The notes beneath the pieces are model-generated. The model saw only the letters and a program-made list of their open reading frames with translations. It did no database searches and was not told the origin of the DNA. Below are positions 13,601 to 27,205 of a stretch of 64,000 nucleotides of DNA, piece by piece. The DNA is from Azolla caroliniana (taxonomy: Eukaryota; Plantae; Polypodiophyta). The translations under genes and the position numbers were made by a program. The stretch is from positions 13,888,001-13,952,000 of the forward strand of contig JBHGNT010000011.1 of assembly GCA_043228905.1 (NCBI GenBank), written 5' to 3'. Each line of letters opens with the position of its first letter. The stretch's first letter is position 1.

Positions 13601-16600
13601 TTTGCAGACAGTAAGAATAATTTTATATAGCCTATATAAAACTCTTGTTTTTGCAGTAGCTTCATGATAATCTCTAAAGGTTGGATCTCAAATTCTTTGA
13701 GTGTTCTATAATCTATCATAATTTATTAGAAAGTTACATGTTTTGAGCTGGAATCCAATATGTAAAACATCCATAATATATCATCATAGACATATATCAT
13801 CCATATAACTATAAAACAGTTGAAAAAAATGTCTGGTGAAATAAGCTTATAGAACCATCAAAATTCAGTATATCGTATTTTGAGTTGGCAATCCTATGGT
13901 GAAAAGCTGGATCGCGCTATAACTTTAATTCAAATTAAGAAATGCCCATTGAAATCAAAGATTAGAGAAGCATTAAAGAAATAAATATATGAACTCAATA
14001 TATTTATCCATTGAGTTTGCTTCAGCTCATTTTTGTTTCAGAAGAAATGTTTTCTAGAAAAGGTAACGGAAAAACCATCATTCTATTAATAGATGAGAAT
14101 AATAAGTATCAAAACATGGCTTTCTAGACTTTTGCATATTCTCATTTAAAATTACAAGATGCATATATGTAGGTAGTACTTTTGTTGAGGAATCAATATG
14201 GTTTGTTTATGGAACTTATTTGAAAACTATACTCATCATTACTTTTTTCTTTCCTAGTTTTGTTCTTTTTTATTCTTATCACTCTTATGTTTTTGTAGAA
14301 AGTCGGCCACAACTCTTGTTGATTGTGATGATAATGATGAAGGTGGCACCATTGCTTATAAGAGTCTTGGACGTTGTCATAGTGTATCAAAGGGAATACA
14401 ACAAAAACTGTATCTTCCATCCACATTACCTGGTATTTCTTCATATAAATTTGATGTTCTCGGAAAATTTACATGGAGTTGGAATTTCAGAGAAGTCATG
14501 GTGTTTTTGTTCTATTTAGTATATGTAATATTAATGGCTTGCATGGTACTGGTCACTACAAGTTGGAATTCCATTATGCCTAGTAACTATTAGGGTAAGT
14601 CATATGATTCAATCGTAGATTTTGAGCTTAGTTAGTCAGTAGAGTCAAATGGATCCTGCACCTCGAGGTGGGGTGCACTAGGTTGTTTCCTATTAGATAC
14701 ATTCCGTGTTATTTTGGACTTCCGTTCCAAGGATTACTTGTATTACCTTTATCTCACGTTTGTTCAAATATCCTCGCTTATTTCTTATTAGGTGGTTGGA
14801 ACTGGGAAGATTTCTCTTGCTTGATTGTCGATGGTATCTGAAGACATTCATGTTGCTTACTTTTCTAGTATTACCTCATTTATCATCATATCACAAGTTG
14901 TATTTTGTGTGTGGACAAAGTCTAAGATAGAATACAGAAAATTACGAAGCAACTTAAGTGTCTGAACAGAGACCAATAGGTAGATGTAACACCCAGAACC
15001 AGGAGTCTACACTATGGAAAATCAGGGTGGTGAGGCATCTAGAAATGTAGAGAGGAGGAAACATGAAGATTTTAGCCATTGGACATGATATGATCCTAGA
15101 ACTGCTTAACAGTATCTCTTGGAACATTTAGCTACATAATCAGTTATTTTAATGATAAAAACAAAGCAGTTAATAGCTCTTGAAGAGTGTAAACTGCACC
15201 TTTTGAAAACTTCTATCGTAGTAATCACTTAGCTTGAAAGAGGGCGCTGCGAAATTCCTTCGTTATTTTTTTATATATTTTGACAGGTATCACCTTTCAA
15301 ACGGAAACTGCCAATGTATTTGAACACTTAGAGAGAAACGATTTCTCTTTGATGCATGCAAAAGAGCAAAATGCTCACTTGTACTCGTCAGCAAAATTTC
15401 ATAAAACAAGGCAAGATTATTTTAAATGCTTATCATTGTGCTGTATTTTGGTCTTTCAGGTTTTTTGCCAGAAGAACTATTAGATAATTCAGTTGCATGG
15501 AGAAGAATGCTAAAGAGTTATTGGTCTTCAATCACACCTCTACTATTTTCTGATCACCCAAAACGTCCTGGCGAGGATGATCCTTTACCACCATTCAATA
15601 CATTTCGCAATGTCATGGATATGAATGCACTATTTGGAGGCTTCAATGCTGCTCTTCTTGAAGCTGGAAAAAGTGTGTGGGTTATGAATGTTGTACCAAC
15701 AAGTGGGCCTAATACTCTGCCAATGATTTATGATCGTGGATACATTGGAACGTTACACAATTGGTATGTATCTACACCAGATTAGAGTTTATGGATTATG
15801 AACTGCATCGATTAGAATTTATGAAGACAGTTTATGTATTGTTACTGGCATTGGTTAGATTAAACTCCATCCGTAGTGACTGTCTTAATTTTAAAATCGA
15901 GAAAACATTAGAACATTAAGTTGACCTTTGACGCTTATTTTATATGCAAAATCATTATCATGATCAATCCATAAATATATTCTCAGCTATCAAATGGAGA
16001 ATCATATCTAGCCAATCATTTGCAAGGGTTCATGAATTTAAGGTCAATTTAGATTGTTCACTGCACTGTGTAAATGTTAAAGTTAAGTAAAACTACATTA
16101 GATTGATTAGTTAGGCCTATTTCAAATGCAATGTTCTATGGCAGCATTTTGAAATACCAATGGGAGTTGAATCATATTTTTTCACATAGTTATAGAATAG
16201 TTGGCAAACAATACACAAAGAATACGTATGCTAAGTATTCTACCTTTTTTAAAATACTCAGAATATGTATTCTACAAATAAAATACGTTAAATATGTTAA
16301 ATATGTGTAAAATACATTAAATATTTTCGTTAAAATTTTTGGAAAAATATTAAATGCTTGTTAAATATGTTGAATACATCGAATACTTTGAATACAAGAA
16401 ATATTTTAAAATGGCAGTTCTAAAATGTGGAATACGTTTAGAATACCTCAGAGTATTCTAAACATAAAATGTGTTTTTTAACAACAATGTTGATTTTTCA
16501 ATCATCTTCATGAGTGCATGAAATCTACTGGTTCCGAATGTTAGAAGATCCATTAGTATCATTCAGGATCTGCCTTACCCTAAGTCAATGGATGGATATT

Positions 16601-17035
16601 ATGCAGGTGTGAGGCATTTCCAAGTTACCCAAGAACATATGATCTTCTTCATGCTGTTGGACTTCTTTCTCAACAAACCAAGTTTGGAAGGGGATGCAGA
16701 GTTTCCCACTTACTTTTGGAAATGGATCGGCTTCTAAGGCCAAAGGTAGGGTCCCTATCTTTTCATAATAATCAGGGAAATTTACACAAAAGTACCCCCC
16801 AGTTTGAACGAAATTGCCCCCATAATACCCTCATGTTACCTTATTAGTTGAATGTGACCCAAACCAAGTTTATGCGATATGACAGGGCTGGGTTTTGATA
16901 CGAGATCGTGCTGACTTAATACTAGAAGCCAGATTAGCAGCCTACCAGATGAGATGGGAAGGACGCATCATTGAAGTTGAGGGTGATGACAACCTCCGTG
17001 TACTTGTATGCCAGAAGGTCTTTTGGAAGAGATAA
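7609..17035 (+). CDS. QUA2: Golgi type-II membrane SAM-dependent (pectin) methyltransferase, QUA2/TSD2-PMT4/5 clade (Methyltransf_29), 644 aa
   Basis: Exons 7609-8246, 8342-8471, 10666-10906, 13412-13610, 14299-14432, 15460-15763, 16607-16745, 16886-17035; all introns GT-AG; 1935 nt, open frame. N-terminal TM segment, [14 protein letters not shown], clade-typical [55 protein letters not shown]. The symbol denotes the clade, not proven orthology. Confidence 0.93.
9421..10010. repeat. Old ~200-bp duplication in methyltransferase intron 2
   Basis: CTAGGGTG...ATAGTTGGAAACTA...TTATGGAAT.GTTTAA...TTTACTGAT.AGTC at about 9423-9625 and 9796-9994. Confidence 0.7.
11465..11885 (-). mobile_element. 3' fragment of a non-LTR retrotransposon (RTEX-like C-terminal CCHC finger) in intron 3
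   Basis: Minus strand reads [15 protein letters not shown]...[28 protein letters not shown], then a 3'UTR ending in a (CAT/CAC)n tail. Confidence 0.65.
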
Positions 17036-19627
17036 AACCCCTCCTCCCATTTGTCATTTATGATTTCTCAAATTCTTTGTTATTGTTATCTACTCCTGGC
17101 ACTTACAATTCATATGAATAAAGAAGGGGCAGTTTTCTCTGATTGTCCTTATTTCGGAACTAAAAGATGACCTCTTGTTTTGACTCTCGATAGATATCAT
17201 GGAGATGTACCCTGAGATCATCAAAAGCCTACTGTGGTACTAATGAAACACATTGCTCTGGTCTCCCCTTTAGGTGTGTATGAAATCCCTAGGGAGATAC
17301 TAAACATCTTTTATGGCAGGTCCATGTTGAAGCAACTCCAAACACCTTTTGTTGCTCAAGATTCATTGCCAGAGCTTTCTTGCATGAGTTAAACAGAGGT
17401 AGTTCATGTTTACATGAATGGTATTCCTCTACTTGACATCGTGGCCATTCTTCAGTGTCATACAATCGATACTACTCTTTTTCCTTACACTTTCTTATGG
17501 CAGGTTCTATCTAGTTCGGAAAATGCAAACATCTTCCATTGCTCAAAGTTTTCATTACATAAGTTCATTTTTCTGAAGTTTTATCCATGGTTGATAATAC
17601 AAAAGTTTAAAGGTCCCATTTTTACGTGAGATTGTGGCCACTCCCTTTTGTGACACGCAAGTTGTCAATTGATCCTATTTTCCATCCTTGTGAATACTTT
17701 TTATATTCTAATCTCTAGACACAATATTCTTGGAGTTATATGATCATTCCCTCCCGTTTCTATTCACATTTCATCACCTCCATCAATTAACCTAGAGGTT
17801 TGTAAGCAATTAAGAAAAGAAAAGATATCATCAAAGTACAATCCCCCATTTCTCTACACATTTCATGCATTCTGATGGACTTCTTAAAGTCTATTATCGT
17901 AATAAAGGATTATGGCCATTGTTTTTTTGAGTTGTGTTATCAATTGATGAGGAAGCATTAGTCCTTGCAAAAGTTACTTTATTAAAGGATTCCCAATCAC
18001 ATACTTAACAACTAAAATTTAATATTTTTTGAATGTATAATTGAAATAACCGCCAAAATGATTCTAAAGTATTGCAATCAAAACCCTCACTGGACCCTGA
18101 AGTTGCATGTCCATGCATGTCCTTTGATTTTGTGTTATAGCTAAGCCAAAGGTTTCAAGTTTAAAATTGAGCCATGAGAGAAAATGGTATACTACCAAGG
18201 GATTGGTTCATCAATACACAATTGGGATTTTCATGGCGTAATCTTACTATTAGTAAATTCTTATTTTGGTGTAAAACCAAGGATTGGATTATCTTCAACA
18301 TGAATACATTAGGGGGATTGCTGATCGTACAATATATATAGCTATGGTGGCTTCACAACATTGCTTATGGTGGTTTTGTCATTCTTGAAGTTGTTAAAAG
18401 GCCACTTCTCTTTTACTATAATTCTCAAATGCTTATTCAATTTTATGGAATTCCAAAATGCTACAATGTTTTTTTTCCCCCAAAAAAGATGCTACATTAG
18501 TATTAGAAAATGTTGTAAGGATATATATACAAGATATACCACAGATCCTACATAAGAGATCTCGCTTATTTATCTTACACTTTCACATATGTCTCTAGCC
18601 ATCCTTTCATACACATCCAAGAGTCTTGGCACGGCCTACCCGAGAAAGGGATTGAGTTTGTGTATATTTTAACTAATGGAGTATATTCTTTTTTGGGGGG
18701 AAAAAAAGTAAAAAAGATATACCATAGATCCCCTTTTTAAAAAATTCTAACCTCCGGCTTAAATAAATCCTTTGGTGCAGAAAAACTACTCCACCTTATC
18801 AGAAAGCCATCTATAAAATATACCTATGTCCCAGTGGCATGAAACTCCAAACGCTTAACCTTTGCTTGTTGCGTATTACCTTTGATCCTATGTAACAAAC
18901 CTTTGCCACAATGTTAAGTGGGCATTTAATTGATGATTGTGTGTAAATAATTGAAGAGACACACAATTCAAATAGATGAGATGATAAATTAGCAAGATTA
19001 ACAATACAAAAATTAGTAAGAAGAATTGAACCTTGATCAATTAACAAATTGGCAAGCCTTTTAATGAGGCGTGTTAATTAGCAAGATCATACAAGATGCA
19101 ATGACAAATTAAACTACTATTGATTGGCAAGATCATTAACAAGTTAGCTACCAAGTTTAAAAGGAAGGATTAAATTAATTGAGGGGAGGCAACTTTTTGT
19201 ATAAGATGCACCTATAAATGTTCACATCAAAATGTCAATTAAGCCCCCCTAAACTTTACGAAATTCTAAAATTGTGTGGCATTTGGATCATTGTTTTGGA
19301 TGTCTAAATTTCTTATATCACGTAAAAGGGCAATGATTTTACATTATGCTTTAACATGTAATGTCTTGTTTGGCGTTACTCTAATATTGTCTTGTGGTAT
19401 GCAATCAATCAAGGGGGCTTGAAAGAAAGAAAGAAAGAAATATTAACGTCTTTTAAGAGGGCCAAAAGGCCTATAAGACCCAAGGAGAATTACATCTTAA
19501 GTGTTGTCTCATCTTTGAGAAAAACAAATCAAAATAAATAAGATAAAAAAAGACTAAAGAATATGTTTTTCAGCACATGTGAGATTCTCAACTTAAATAT
19601 ATTATAACTTTTGTCTTCGAAAGATCT

Positions 19628-20165
19628 CTAGCATAGGTCAATCCAAAATGGGAGATCTCTAAAGCGAGGGAAGCACTTGTGATGGCGGAAGATAATGACC
19701 TTTATCTGTCGATCACAAGGGTGTTGAGGTTGTGGTCCGGGGGGCCGTGGCCTACATGCACGACAAATTGCTATTGCCCATTTGTTATGTTCTAATCGGG
19801 AGCCCATTTGTGTATTCCTTGATTTACTTGTAGCATTAGTAGGAATGATGGAGCTAAAGAAAGTTGTGTTTTTTCTTTGTGGATGAGCTTGTGTGGTTGT
19901 AGTGTTGTCCTTCAACAACTTTTCACGACGTCTCTTGAGTTCTAGCAAGAAAAGTCCTAGGCACCATTGGTCCTCATATTCGATTACCTTGCGTAGTGGG
20001 CCAAATACTTGTTTAAAGAGAGGAAGATAGCTTTTCAATTAAGTCAGGTAAAACTTGATTGCCTTCTCGCCAAAAAATCAATAGAAAAAAGTTATGAATA
20101 CAAGAAAGAAGAAACCACAACTATAGCCCTGGATGATTCTTCCCAAAGTAAGTTCTAAAGAATGC
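19628..20165 (-). mobile_element. Possible decayed LINE ORF1 fragment
   Basis: GYSCGFFFLVF and FRDLPFWIDL segments resemble plant L1 ORF1 (DUF4283-like) motifs; frames are broken. Confidence 0.3.
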
Positions 20166-21093
20166 CCTAACCAGATTGATTTATGCATTTCATGTAAGTA
20201 GTTAGAAGTTGAGCTAGAACTAGTTTACATTTCAGAAACTCAAAGGAACCATGAAATTGAGTTATGGCAGAAATGTTTAATACATCCATGATCCAATAAT
20301 AAAAACGAAAAACTTCCATATCAATATGAGGTGTAACAAATTTCTATATAATCGACAAATATAATTAGATACGGATCTTTATGTTTTTCACATATATTTT
20401 AGAGGGAAAATAACTAAATTTGTTGTGAATAATCAGGATATTAGATGATCAAATATTGCTTTATCGTAGAACAACTAATTGGTTAATTTTTTGTTGTGAA
20501 TACTGACAATATTAGGTGATAAAAAATGGATTCAATCTACAAGGGTCGCTTTCTCTTAGAATCACTAATTGTTTGAGTGAAAATGGCTCAAATATTTTTT
20601 GCCCACACTAATGTAGATAATTCTTTGGAGCATTATGAATTATACACAACATGAATTCGTGTAATCCATACCAAAACAAACTTTTTCTCAAATACCAAAC
20701 GCCGTAGTGGCTACCAACAAGTTCATGACAACACTTTGCTCCCAAATAATCCAAACTCAAACGACTATGACACCCGATAATGTTTTTTTACACAAACAGT
20801 GGGAGATCTGAGCTCACCCGTTCCGAGTTCACGAGCGCCCCACTTTTCTTTGTGCATAGTCTCGACGATGTGTGCTACCCAAGTAATGTCTTTCTTGTAG
20901 CTTGTAAGTAGACTTTAAGAACCCTAAGAATCCTTGTCATTTCTAATAAGATACATACATATTGGAGTCTTCTCTCTCTCTCTCTCTCTCTCTGATTGCT
21001 TGAAGAAGAGGAGGGCACAATAGTAGGCTTCTCAATATCACTGTTTTGCATTGGCATTTCTTTTTTTTCCTCTGTGCCTAATTAATTAGAGCC

Positions 21094-24000
21094 ATGAGCT
21101 TCAGAAACATCAGAGATGCGAAGATGCCCAATGTAGGGCCTCTCTTCAACCTCGCCAAGGTGGCTGCAGTGGGTGCAATCGGTCTCTATGTTGCCACCAA
21201 CAGCCTCTACAACGTGGAAGGAGGACACCGTGCCATTGTCTTCAACAGACTCGAAGGTATCCGTGACAAGGTCAGTTCTCTCCTCCATTTTGATCTTCGT
21301 TTTTTTTCGTTCTTATATTCATTGCATAATACATCATTATTGTCAGATTACTATTAGTCTGACTACGATCCCTCCAGTGTTAGAGAATAACCCATACATA
21401 GCTTTAATCTCATTTTGAAGAAGAAACAAAGGATCCTTGAACTGTAGATTTTGGTGGCAGAAAAAACCTTGCGGATTTGGGGTAGTTAGATGATTTTTTG
21501 CCATAAACAAGGCTTCGTAACTTTTGGGCCAAAAAATGTATTCTTTTTTTAAGACACCTAAACTTCCAATATTTTGTGCAAAAGATGCCTTCATTCACAA
21601 AAGCATCAAATGAATTTTTTTCTCAGCATAAAACAAGATTGTTAGTGCAAAAGTTGCCCTCCTTCACTAAATCATTGGCTGAATTTCTGCTCAGTCTAAA
21701 ACTATATTGTTTTTGCACATATATGATTTTGAACAACCCATCACATGATGGTCTAATGGTAAAGCATGTGCTTCATAACCTTTGGGTTATAAATGGTTCT
21801 TTTTCCTAATATGAACACTCTGGCGAGGTTTTCCTGGTCAGAGGCAGGTCACTTGAAGAGGAGAATCCCAATGTACTCCAAGTTCATTTTTCAGTTTGCT
21901 TGCGGATGGTCTCTTCTCCATTCACTTATTCCGGATATTAAGCAAGTTAACCTCACTCACCCAGAAAACACTTTCAATTTTGAAGAGCCAACCGCCGTTT
22001 ACTTTTTGGGGCAGAAGTATATTTTCCTAAGAGGAAATATATTGTTGAGAAGCCTAATTAGACTTGGATAGTTATTTTATGTATTTAAGAAATAAAAATT
22101 GTGTGATTATTGTGTGCAAGTACTTTCAAAGCAATATTCACATAGACGAGCTCACATTCTACGACAAGAAATTTCATCGACCGAGATTCTAAAATATGAA
22201 TATGTTTTGACCATTTCAAAGTTCTTACCTTGGTATCTATGTTATTTTCCTTTGTGCAGGTCTACACAGAAGGTACACATATTATGATTCCATGGTTCGA
22301 CAGGCCGATCATCTATGATGTTAGGGCAAGACCTCATGTAGTTGAGAGCACTTCTGGAAGTAGAGACTTGCAGATGGTATATTTTCTGTCAATACATTTC
22401 TGTCTGTTTTTAATGATATATTTCTAGTTTTTCAAGTGCTTGAAATATGTGATTTGGTAGTTCTTATCTCTTTCCTGAACTGATTTACGTGTGATTTTAA
22501 TTTGAGTTTGATCATATGCAGGTGAAAATTGGCCTTCGAGTTTTAACAAGGCCAGAGAGTGACATGCTACCAACCATTTACAGATCTCTGGGTACCAATT
22601 ATAATGAGAGGGTCTTACCTTCAATAATTCATGAAACATTGAAGGCTGTTGTAGCTCAATACAATGCAAGCCAGCTGATTACTCAGCGTGAGGTATTACT
22701 CATATACCTATTTATGTTTTTAATCTCCTAGCTTGCTTTTGTTTAAGTAGTCCTTTTTCTTTAATGCCTTTTGGCTGGATGCTAGGACCATACTCTTCAT
22801 TGATTCTAATTCACCACCCAAGCATGACATGAAGGATATCCATGATTAGAGACAATGTTGAAGGATGCCCAAAGAAAGTGCTTAAGGGTAGCAATCCATT
22901 TATATCTTATAAACCTAAGGTTTACGTCCATATTATTGAGTTTAAGAAGGAAGGGCAAGAAGCTAAGAAAGGTTTTCTTGAGCACTTGGGTCTCTCCTCT
23001 ATTCGTGATATTCTTAGGTTTTGGATGCAGACCATCAAGGTGGCTTGTCTCTGCCCTCATATTTTATGATTTCGTCACATAGAGAAACTAGCATTTCCTC
23101 TTGGAGCTAACCTCTATGATACCAGAGCATTTGGGTCTCTCCTCTATTCTTGATACTCTTAGGTTTTGGATGCAGACCATCAAGGTGGCTTGTCTCTGCC
23201 CTCATATTTTATGATTTCATCACATAGAGAAACTAGCATTTCTTCTTGGAGCTAACCTCTATGATACCATGTATTCTTTCTTACTCCTAACATATCCACT
23301 AGAGCCGTCATTAACTCCTCATGGATTTCTGTTATTATCTAGTCATTCTTATCCTATTGGATAGGATTTTTAAGGAACATATTCCCTTTCATCAGAAAAT
23401 AGAAACAACTGCCGACTGTCTAATGGACCCACTTTATCAATCTTCATTTAACTCTAATGACTGAGCTACTTGTGCTCATAAACAGGCTGTGAGTAGAGAA
23501 ATCCGGAGAATCCTTACCGAGCGAGCTGCAAACTTCAATATTGCACTTGATGACGTTTCCATCATAAATCTTACATTTGGAAAAGAGTTTACTGCGGCTA
23601 TTGAAGCCAAGCAAGTGGCTGCACAGGAGGCTGAGAGGGCCAAGTTTATTGTTGAGAAAGCAGAGCAAGACAAGAGGAGTGCTATTGTTCGAGCGCAGGT
23701 ATATTACTGCAGCCTTGCAATCTACTATACATACATATATATGTATTTATGTATGTATGTATGTGTATATGTTTATTGTTGAGAAAGCAGAGCAGGACAA
23801 GAGGAGTGCTATTGTTCGAGCGCAGGTATATTACTGCAGCCTTGCAATCTACTATACATACATATATATGTATTTATGTATGTATGTATGTGTATATGTA
23901 TGTATGTATGTATAAATCTTCAGTCTAACAAAATTGAGCTCCCACACTTTCTTTGAGAGGGAGATGGATAGATTTGTATTGTTTTTGGGTCACATGGGTC

Positions 24001-24373
24001 ATATGCCTTCCAGAGGATGGCAGTATATCTATCTAATTGGTTTCTCAAGATTAACTCATAGCTATATTAATTTGCAATTAGGAGTCAATGCCAGTGTTAC
24101 AGCGTGCACTCCACACTATCTTGTTTGTAAACCTTTTTGCTTGTGATGTCTTTTTCGGAACAGGGAGAAGCCAAGAGTGCCCAACTCATCGGAGATGCTA
24201 TTTCAAATAATCCAGCATTTATCACACTTCGTAAAATCGAAGCAAGTAGAGAAATCGCGAATACTGTTTCAAATTCTGCAAACAGAATCTTGCTTAACAC
24301 TGAGGGCCTAATGCTGAACTTAGAAGATCTACCGATAGATGTGGCTACTCATCCAGCTAAGACTAGAAAGTGA
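21094..24373 (+). CDS. PHB2: Mitochondrial prohibitin, type II (PHB2-like; plant PHB1/2/6 group), 295 aa
   Basis: Exons 21094-21270, 22260-22376, 22522-22692, 23486-23698, 24164-24373; GT-AG; 888 nt. SPFH motifs [76 protein letters not shown]. Confidence 0.97.
22980..23269. repeat. 145-bp tandem duplication in prohibitin intron 3
   Basis: GAGCA(C/T)TTGGGTCTCTCC...CTCTATGATACCA at 22980 and 23125, near-identical. Confidence 0.93.
23644..23897 (+). repeat. 127-bp tandem duplication spanning the prohibitin exon 4/intron 4 junction
   Basis: GTTTATTGTTGAGAAAGCAGAGCA(A/G)GACAAG...GCGCAG|GTATATT... at 23644 and 23771. Confidence 0.95.
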
Positions 24374-25404
24374 AGTACACTAAAGTTTTTGCAGTTCAAC
24401 CTGAGTAAGATTAAACATTACGAGATTTGAGATTTATGCAACTGAAGCCATATTCAAATGACTTGATTTCAAAGTTATAATGGTGTGAAATTAAGCTGAT
24501 TCTTTAGATCTCAAAGACCAGATTCTGTGAGCAAAACAGATGACAAATTTAGTTTCAGTTTGTTGATGAATAACCCAAAAATTGTTGAAGAGTGACTACC
24601 CATTTTTCCATGTTGGCGGTCCATTTATGGTCTGGTCACCCACAGTTGTTTTTGTGTTAGTAGATATATTTTTGTTGAAAATAAATGACCTTTATGCTGC
24701 TTATCAATCGTGATGTCTTGGCTTTTTGCCATCAACGTTATCTGTATATTTCAGGATTATGTGGGTCGGAACATGGTTGTCAAATATATCAGTTCCTGAA
24801 ATCCTTGATAAAGGTAGTCCTTGGGTAAATTAATTACTTGTGTAACTTATCTGTAACTTGTTGTTTACTTCAGTGCTATTATAGAGCTACAAGCAACTCG
24901 CAACTCATACACCTCTTGTATGGAGTGGTTTGCAAAGCAAGAACAATTGAGTCCTTAAATGAATTAGCTTTGCATTGAACTAAGACAAAGCTTTTTAAAA
25001 AACAGACTTTGAAAGCCAGCACTAGATATGATTTTATAAATATGATATTCATGGGTGGTTGAATGATGAATGTTATTGCAAGTGAGTCTTTAAAATTTGT
25101 GTTATCTAAATTGAGATATACCCTTTTCAGTATGTGATGCATGGTTGAATCAAGACTAGATTATGGTTGTGTGCTCATAAGAAGTCAGAAGGGTAGTTAT
25201 TCTATCTTTATTAAATGTGTTGTATTCTGTTTTTTGGCACCTCGAACATTGAACTCTTGAGAATCATGACATCAAAAAAAAAGTTTTATTATTGAGATTA
25301 ATTTTGGGGATTAATAAAAATAGTAGAAATTGAGAAACCTTCCTCTTCTAGGATTAATGGCCTTAAACAAACACATCTATCACCATCCTATCCACCAAAA
25401 TTTG

Positions 25405-25406
<2 letters not shown>

Positions 25407-25452
<46 letters not shown>
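25407..25452. repeat. (CT)n(ATCT)n compound microsatellite
   Basis: Direct read of the sequence. Confidence 0.9.
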
Positions 25453-25511
25453 TAGAAGGCCATTGAGGATAATAAACAACCACATTTGAGCATGAACATT
25501 AAATGAGATGA

Positions 25512-26121
25512 ATCGGATTGACTAAGTACTCCATGTCGAAGTGAAGGGGGAGTTTGTTGGGAAACAAGGTCCCTCTGGATGGGAAGAGCACAAGCCGGAT
25601 TGGATTGGTCGGACGAAGAGAACCAGACGAAGATCAATGAGGGATCGATCAGATGGATCCGAAACTGGACCGAAACTGGAAGATATCCGGTCGGATCCGG
25701 AGATGAACCCGAAAGAGGACATATTTGCAAATATGTTCTGATACGCCTACTAGAGGCTATATTTGTAAATAACCTTAAAGTTATATCAGTATAAATATAA
25801 CTAGGGCAAAACATTAGTGATGTTGTTGATATAGTTAATTGTGTAAGAGATTGTGAGAATCAGAAGTAGCTCTATTGTAACCATTTGTTAGACGAAGACG
25901 AGCTCGAGGTTGTTGCCTGTGAGTCTCCTTGTACTTTCTTATACATAGTGTAACAGTTCGGAGTTGTGGGCTCCCGTGGTTTTTCCCTTTCAGGGTTTTC
26001 CACGTAAACATCTTGTGTCTTTGTACTTCTGTTTTTTGTTTGTCTGTGTATTGCCGACCTCGATCTTTGCAACTGCATACGAATAAGTGCGAGTCGGTTG
26101 TGGCCGGTTTGACTCTCAACA
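25512..26121 (+). mobile_element. Truncated Ty1/Copia 3' end: pol tail + PPT + 3' LTR (25555-26121)
   Basis: IGLTKYSMSK* then GAAGGGGGAGTT, then TGTTG...CAACA. Shares the pol end, PPT, TTTTCCACGTAAACATC and TCGGTTGTGGCCG with the Copia at 62122-64000. Confidence 0.85.
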
Positions 26122-27205
26122 AAAAGTCCCTTACATCAACTTCCTAGAATCGCCTGGGAACCAAACAAAAAGATTCAAACGACACATAAAAACAACAATT
26201 TGTGTTTCGATTGGATATAAGATATGTAAAAATGGTTTGGAAGAAGATGGGATGCTACACACTTGCTTAATGACACATCACTAGATTCCTCTATAAATGA
26301 TACCTTGTTTCAATGCCAACATATTATAACATGGGGAGATTGTGGAATCTCATGCTTCACACATTATAGTACATATTTTGCACCTAACTACAAAACCATA
26401 CTCTTCACTGAATGGGAAAACTACACACATCAATACATGTTAGAGGCCATCTTATTGTCTGTTGTCGGAATCATTCCTTCCATGAGACTTAGGTTGACCG
26501 TCGCACACATTGCGATGTGAGATGAGGCATTGGGGCACAAGTGATGAGAATAGTCGACTATGAACACTTTACCCAAACTAGTTTAAGAGTCTGAGTATCA
26601 CACTTTGATACAATGCCTTGGCTTTTATCACATTCGACTACCCTTTCCACATATCTTTGACCAAACACAGTCCTTGCCCAAATTCATTAAGAGTCACAAC
26701 GTGCACTGTTGATTGCAACATTCATTGGTAAAGTTCTCAAACATTGAGAGTCAGTACTCACTCTCACGTGTATTATGTGAAATATAATATTTTACGTTAT
26801 ATTTGACCTATGAAGATGATAATAAAATCTATCTATTCATGACAAGGCTAATGGTGAGGTTTTTTAGAGATAAATAGAGAGTTAATCACATTCACAATTA
26901 ATTTTTAAGTGAGAATTATAGAAGTATCAAATATAGTGACAGAAAAAGTAATAGCATACCACTAAAAAAATTACATATAGAAGTACAACTAATGAGCTTC
27001 TTGCTCTCTTCTTTTTGCATTCAATTACATAACATATACATACATACATACACATATACATGTTTTCGCTCATGTATGTGTAACGACAAAACTTGGTTGC
27101 AATCATAACTATATATATTTATATAGATTCAATTACCATAATGCAAGCTTCAAGAATCAAACCTCTATACAAGTGTGTGCCATCCTCTGATCAATGGACT
27201 CGAGC

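Noticed and set aside
16215-16465. AATAC/AATAT-rich array in methyltransferase intron 6 as a transposon end
   Set aside because: No TIR or TSD identifiable; treated as low-complexity DNA.
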